A program made the position numbers and the translations under genes. The notes below the pieces were generated by a model that did no database searches, had not been told where the DNA came from, and saw only the letters and a program-made list of their open reading frames with translations. Shown here piece by piece: positions 59,479-64,000 of a stretch of 64,000 nt of DNA. This DNA is from an uncultured delta proteobacterium. GTDB taxonomy: Bacteria > Desulfobacterota > Binatia > UBA9968. Each line of letters opens with the position of its first letter. Position 1 is the stretch's first letter. The DNA is taken from assembly GCA_963727625.1 (NCBI GenBank), contig CAVSHR010000005.1:992001-1056000 (forward strand), given 5' to 3'.

Positions 59479-60190
59479 TGCCCGGAAAGAAATGCTGGAC
59501 GACCAGTCCGATTAGATAACCCAAACCGGCGGCGCTGACCGCGATCAGAAAAAATTTGAAGCCGGATCGCAGGAGCGACTGTCCGGCGAGATAACCCTTG
59601 AAGGCGCCGACGCCGAAGAGCGTCAGGCCGCCGAGCAAAGTCGAAAGATAAAACGCTGGCACGCCGGCTAAAAACAGGTACGGCACAATCGGCACGACGG
59701 CGCCGACAATGAAGGAAAGCCCCATGACCAATGCGGCTTGCATCGGCTGATTGATTTCCGCGCTGCCCAGACCGAAGACTTTTTCTTGAAACGTCCGCAT
59801 GAAGACGCTGCGCTCTTGGATCAGAACTTTGACCATCCGGTAGCTTTGTTCCTTGCCCAATCCTTCGTCGCCCAGCGCTCTGAGCAATCCTTCCGCAGCA
59901 AGGTAGGGCTCGCTTTCGGCGAGCTTTTCCGCATCGGTTATTTCTTTGTCAAAAATATCCCTCTGCGCCACCGACGACAGATAGGATCCCGCCGCCATGG
60001 AGATCGCTCCGGAAAACATCGCCGTGAACCCGGTGATGATCACCACGAGGCTGTTTTCGGTCGCGCCCTGCACTCCCGCGAGCAAACCGACTGTGCTGAT
60101 TAACCCGTCTTGGATGCCGAAAACGAATTCGCGAATACGCGATCGGCTCTCGATGATTTGTTTTTTCTGCTGGATTTCGTCGAGGGACAT
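59459..60190 (-). CDS. VIT1/CCC1 family Fe/Mn transporter
   Basis: REFVFGIQDGL, GAISMAAGSYLS. Confidence 0.9.
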   Translation of the reverse strand: MSLDEIQQKKQIIESRSRIREFVFGIQDGLISTVGLLAGVQGATENSLVVIITGFTAMFSGAISMAAGSYLSSVAQRDIFDKEITDAEKLAESEPYLAAEGLLRALGDEGLGKEQSYRMVKVLIQERSVFMRTFQEKVFGLGSAEINQPMQAALVMGLSFIVGAVVPIVPYLFLAGVPAFYLSTLLGGLTLFGVGAFKGYLAGQSLLRSGFKFFLIAVSAAGLGYLIGLVVQHFFPGITVPTG

Positions 60191-60294
60191 CCGATTTGTT
60201 AATGGATCATGGATCATGGAGAATGGACAATTGAAGACCGGCTCGGGATTTCCCGATTTCCAAAATTCTCCACTATCCATTATTCATTTTGACT

Positions 60295-60828
60295 TTAGTA
60301 TTTGAGTCCCAAATCTCCGGTCGGCTGACCGGGCTGCCAATCGGACGGGCAGAGACGCTCGGTGCGCAGCGCCTTGACGACGCGCAAGGTTTCTTCGACG
60401 CTGCGCCCCACGTTGACGTGGCTCACGACCTGATAACAAATTACGCCGCCGGGGTTGATGATGGAGGTCGCGCGCAAGGCGACCTGTTCTTTCTGATCCA
60501 GCACAGCGTAGGCCCGGCTGATTTTCTTGTCGACGTCGCTCAGCAGAGGATATTCCAAACCGCCCAATTCCTCGGCCCAGGCGCGATGGCTGTCGATGGA
60601 GTCGACGCTAACGCCGAGAATCGAACTATTCTCGGCGCCGAACGCTTGCGCCATCTTGCTGAAACCGACCACCTCGGTGGGACAGATAAAGGTAAAATCT
60701 CCCGGGTAGAAAAACAGCACCAGCCATTTCCCCCGGTAAGCCGATAACGAGTAATCGGCGACGCGGTCGCGGAAGATCCCCTTGGCGGTAAAATCCGGCG
60801 CTTGATCGCCAATTTGCAGCGGGTTCAT
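60295..60828 (-). CDS. ahpC: 2-Cys peroxiredoxin (AhpC/Prx1)
   Basis: FFYPGDFTFICPTE, GRSVEE, LCPSDW. Confidence 0.9.
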   Translation of the reverse strand: MNPLQIGDQAPDFTAKGIFRDRVADYSLSAYRGKWLVLFFYPGDFTFICPTEVVGFSKMAQAFGAENSSILGVSVDSIDSHRAWAEELGGLEYPLLSDVDKKISRAYAVLDQKEQVALRATSIINPGGVICYQVVSHVNVGRSVEETLRVVKALRTERLCPSDWQPGQPTGDLGLKY

Positions 60829-60842
60829 CGTCACTTCAACCA

Positions 60843-61526
60843 TCACGGAAGATTTTGCCAAAGCGAAAAGGCCTCTTTCCGGTTCGGCGCAGCGGCCGCG
60901 GTAAACCAACCCTCTTCGATCGTGCCGGACTTGAGCAAGCCGAAAAAGTAGATTCGCAACATCTGTTCGATCAAACGCGGATACGGCAGATCCCGTTTCG
61001 GCTGATACCAGGTGTAAATCCAGTTCATCATGCCGAACAGAGTAAAAGTCGCCACCCGCAGGTCGAGAACCTTGCCGCCTTCCTGTTCTTGCAGCTCGCC
61101 GATCAAATCCATGATGACTTTGACATAGCGCCGTTTCAGCACGAGGATTTTGTCTTGGAAATCACCGGTGAGTGATTCATCCTCATGGGCCATCACCTTC
61201 ATTTCCGGCATGTTGTGCAAGAAGAAACTGAGATGATTCTCGGCGAAGGCGCGGATGCGCGCGCGTACGTCCAGCCCAGCGTCGGCGGCCTGCTCCCAGC
61301 GTTGCAACAGGGTCACGAAGCAGCGCTCTTGAATCAAATAAAGCAACTCTTCTTTAGTGGAAAAGTAATAATACAGCCCGGACAGGCTCATCTTGGTGGC
61401 GCGCGAAATGTCGCGCACCGAAGTGTGATGAAAGCCTTTTTCCGCGAAGATCTTGGCTGATGTCTTGAGAATCAGCTGAAGCTTTTCGTCGTAGTGCCGT
61501 GTTGCGGGCTCAATGCGGTTGGACAT
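60843..61526 (-). CDS. TetR family regulator (KstR2-like)
   Basis: IFAEKGFHHTSVRDI...LYYYF..KEELL; GMMNWIYTWY. Confidence 0.9.
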   Translation of the reverse strand: MSNRIEPATRHYDEKLQLILKTSAKIFAEKGFHHTSVRDISRATKMSLSGLYYYFSTKEELLYLIQERCFVTLLQRWEQAADAGLDVRARIRAFAENHLSFFLHNMPEMKVMAHEDESLTGDFQDKILVLKRRYVKVIMDLIGELQEQEGGKVLDLRVATFTLFGMMNWIYTWYQPKRDLPYPRLIEQMLRIYFFGLLKSGTIEEGWFTAAAAPNRKEAFSLWQNLP

Positions 61527-61640
61527 GGATAGACGGAATAGTTGCAAATCGGTCTTGGGCTGTCAACTTAGGTTCCTGCGTCGATAGGGCGTCCGCATCT
61601 GACTAGCCCGATCTTGAGCGCTTTGCATTTTCCGGTTTTA

Positions 61641-62729
61641 TCACTTCCCAACTTCGAGCTCGCTCCCGCGAGCGGCGAAAAGCATCGCCTTCTCGATGGC
61701 GAATCCGAGCTCTTGGCCGTCTTTAAAGACCACCGTCTTGGGGGTCTGAACGCGAAGGACAACACCATCCGCCCTAACCTTATAATCAATCAGATGCCCC
61801 GAATAATTACTTAACTCGACTCGACAGAGGATCGGACCCGCCTGGCTCAAAGAGATGTCCTCGGGACGCACCGCAACGACGCACTCGCCCGTAAGACCGC
61901 TTCGGTCAATGACGTTAAGGCGATGGTATCCGAGTAATTCGACCGTGGCTTGTTCTCCGCTCCGGCTGACGACGCGGCCGGGAACGAAGTTCATGAGGCC
62001 GATGAAGTCGGCGACGAAGCGGTCCGCGGGTTGTGCATAAATCTCCGCCGGGACGCCAACCTGGACGATGCGGCCTGCATTCATGACGGCCAGTCGGTCC
62101 GACATCGCCAGCGCTTCGCTCTGATCGTGGGTGACGTAAAGAATCGGAATGCCGGTTCGGCGCTGCAAGTCCTTCAGCTCGAAGCGCATCTGCTCGCGCA
62201 ATTTTGCATCGAGATTGCTCAGCGGCTCGTCGAGCAGGAGTATTTCGGGCTCCTTGATCAAGGCCCGAGCCAAAGCAACCCGCTGTTGTTCTCCGCCGGA
62301 GAGCTGGCTCGGATAGCGATCTGCCAAGAGATCGAGACCGACGGAATGCAAAGCCCCTTCAAGCTTCGTTTTGATGACTTCTTTTGGCAGCTTCTTGAGC
62401 TTCAACGGATAAGCGACATTGTCATGAACCGTCATGTGGGGCCAAACGGCGTAATTCTGAAAAACCATACCGATCGGCCGGAATTCCGTGGGTACGTTGA
62501 CTCCGTCAGCCGTCGAATTCACGCGCGTTTCGCCGATGTAGATGGTCCCTTCGCTGGGTTCCTCAAGCCCGGCGACACAGCGCAGCACGGTGCTCTTACC
62601 GCAACCGCTCGGCCCGAGCAAAGAGAAAAACTCCTTGTCGCCGACGGAAAAAGTTACGTCGTTGGCAGCGACGACTTTGCCGTACCGCTTGGATAAACCG
62701 ATAATCCTGATCTTTTCCATGCTGCTCAA
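61641..62729 (-). CDS. ABC ATP-binding protein (FbpC/PotA type)
   Basis: [26 protein letters not shown]-like tail. Confidence 0.93.
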   Translation of the reverse strand: MSSMEKIRIIGLSKRYGKVVAANDVTFSVGDKEFFSLLGPSGCGKSTVLRCVAGLEEPSEGTIYIGETRVNSTADGVNVPTEFRPIGMVFQNYAVWPHMTVHDNVAYPLKLKKLPKEVIKTKLEGALHSVGLDLLADRYPSQLSGGEQQRVALARALIKEPEILLLDEPLSNLDAKLREQMRFELKDLQRRTGIPILYVTHDQSEALAMSDRLAVMNAGRIVQVGVPAEIYAQPADRFVADFIGLMNFVPGRVVSRSGEQATVELLGYHRLNVIDRSGLTGECVVAVRPEDISLSQAGPILCRVELSNYSGHLIDYKVRADGVVLRVQTPKTVVFKDGQELGFAIEKAMLFAARGSELEVGK

Positions 62730-64000
62730 AACCCCGCAACGCCGCCGGTTAGCCTTCGCAGGATCGCGTTACCCAGGATCAATAGACCCATGACGATCGA
62801 AGCGAGGGCGGCGGCTATCTCTCGATACCCGGCATCCTGCAAGTTGTAAACGACAACTCCGATGGTTTCGGTATGATAGGCGTAGAGTAGAATCGAGACG
62901 GTGAGCTCCCGCAGAGCGGGCATGAAAACTAGAATCCAGCCGGCGATCATTCCCGGCCGAGCCAATGGAAGAATGATGTCGCGCAATCGTGGCAACAATC
63001 TTGCCCCTGAAGCCCTGGCGGCTTCTTCGAGTGAATCGTGCACTTGTTGTAGCGTCGAATTCGTCGTCCTAACCGCGAATGGCAGATAAACCGCGAGATA
63101 GGCCGCCAGGATGATCCACAGTGTACCGTATAGGCTTACCGGCGGTCTCGACCACGCAAGAATCATGGCGATGGCAATCACGGTATGGGGCACGGCGTAT
63201 GGAATCGTCGCGAGAAAGTCGAGCGCGCGACTACCCCTTAGCTTTGCCTTGACGTGCAGATAGGAAATCACGGTGCCGACAAACATGGCTACCGTGGCCG
63301 AGACCGCACCGAGAAACAAACTGTTGATAATCGCTCGCTGCGCCGTTTCAAACTTGAGCACATAATCAAAATTTTGCAGCGTGAGGTTGGCGGCGCTGAT
63401 CGGTGCGCCCCAGTAACGCATCAGCGCCGTCAGCACCATGGAAACAATGGGCAGGATCGAAATAAAGACAACGATCGCCGATGTCAATAGAGATAGCGGA
63501 TAGCGGATCGAACGAAGTTTGAGCTCGGAGGGGTGAACCGCCTTGCCGGAAATGACCGTAAAGCGGCTCTCGCCTCTTTGAATGCCGAACTGAAGCGCCA
63601 TGGTGACGAGCGCCACCAGCACGAGCATACTGGAAAGCGCCGTGGCCAGGCCGAAATCCGGGATTGCCAAGGCGTAATAGATGCTGGTCGTGAGTACGAA
63701 AAATCTCGCTCTCATCCCCAGCAGCGCCGGTATGCCAAAATTGGCGAGGGCGCCGATAAATGCCAGTAAGCCACCCGCCATAATCGCGGGCAGAACCAGA
63801 GGTAAGGTTATCTGGCGCATAATCTGGTAGGTGTTGGCGCCCGATGCGCGCGCCGCCTCTTCGAGACTTGCGTCCATGCGCTCCAATGCGCCCGCTACGG
63901 TGATAAAAACCAAGATGAAATAGTGCACCGTCAGAACAAAGACAATGCCGCCGGGGCCATAGATGTTCCAGGGCACGGTGGTAAAACCAAAGACCTCAAA
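62726..64000 (-). CDS. FbpB-type ABC permease (5' end outside the window)
   Basis: Two EAA loops (LEEAARASGA); multiple TMs. Confidence 0.9.
   Translation of the reverse strand, partial: FEVFGFTTVPWNIYGPGGIVFVLTVHYFILVFITVAGALERMDASLEEAARASGANTYQIMRQITLPLVLPAIMAGGLLAFIGALANFGIPALLGMRARFFVLTTSIYYALAIPDFGLATALSSMLVLVALVTMALQFGIQRGESRFTVISGKAVHPSELKLRSIRYPLSLLTSAIVVFISILPIVSMVLTALMRYWGAPISAANLTLQNFDYVLKFETAQRAIINSLFLGAVSATVAMFVGTVISYLHVKAKLRGSRALDFLATIPYAVPHTVIAIAMILAWSRPPVSLYGTLWIILAAYLAVYLPFAVRTTNSTLQQVHDSLEEAARASGARLLPRLRDIILPLARPGMIAGWILVFMPALRELTVSILLYAYHTETIGVVVYNLQDAGYREIAAALASIVMGLLILGNAILRRLTGGVAGF

Overview
GC-rich bacterial chromosome segment. The gene content (many orphan SsuA/NMT1-type binding proteins, UbiD, Rieske and amidohydrolase paralogs, short intergenic repeats) resembles uncultured 'Ca. 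Binatia'-like lineages, which is an inference only. (1) 1-19.8 kb: minus-strand catabolic cluster divergent from a LysR gene, with four ComD-like and three ComE-like split ThDP-enzyme subunits, four orphan ABC binding proteins, two UbiD, two Rieske oxygenase alpha subunits, an XDH-family Mo subunit, a CADD/PqqC-like diiron protein and a DapA-like lyase. (2) 19.9-28.5 kb: two-component/NtrC locus with several sigma54 promoters, a Rieske pseudogene, SOD and tRNA-Val(CAC). (3) 28.9-35.8 kb: GIY-YIG-like/SPOR fusion; an EVE - His-rich methyltransferase - AhpD-like candidate selenoprotein module (CxxU plus SECIS-like hairpin, absent from the ORF track); decayed genes. (4) 35.8-48.3 kb: a largely translationally coupled, Rrf2-led operon joining an NfnB/GltD-like flavo-Fe-S protein, a Rieske/cytochrome b complex and a heptaheme cytochrome c to a periplasmic Nitrospira/anammox-type NXR/NAR-like Mo enzyme (alpha, beta, gamma, chaperone). 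This is the most striking system here and is bracketed by two CMD pseudogenes. (5) 48.9-64 kb: amidohydrolases (one LigJ-like), aldolase, DUF885, nfo, a ZraPSR-like locus, TetR-Prx-VIT1 and Fbp-type ABC genes. No CRISPR array, integrase or transposase was seen. All calls come from motif recognition by eye; no database searches were run.
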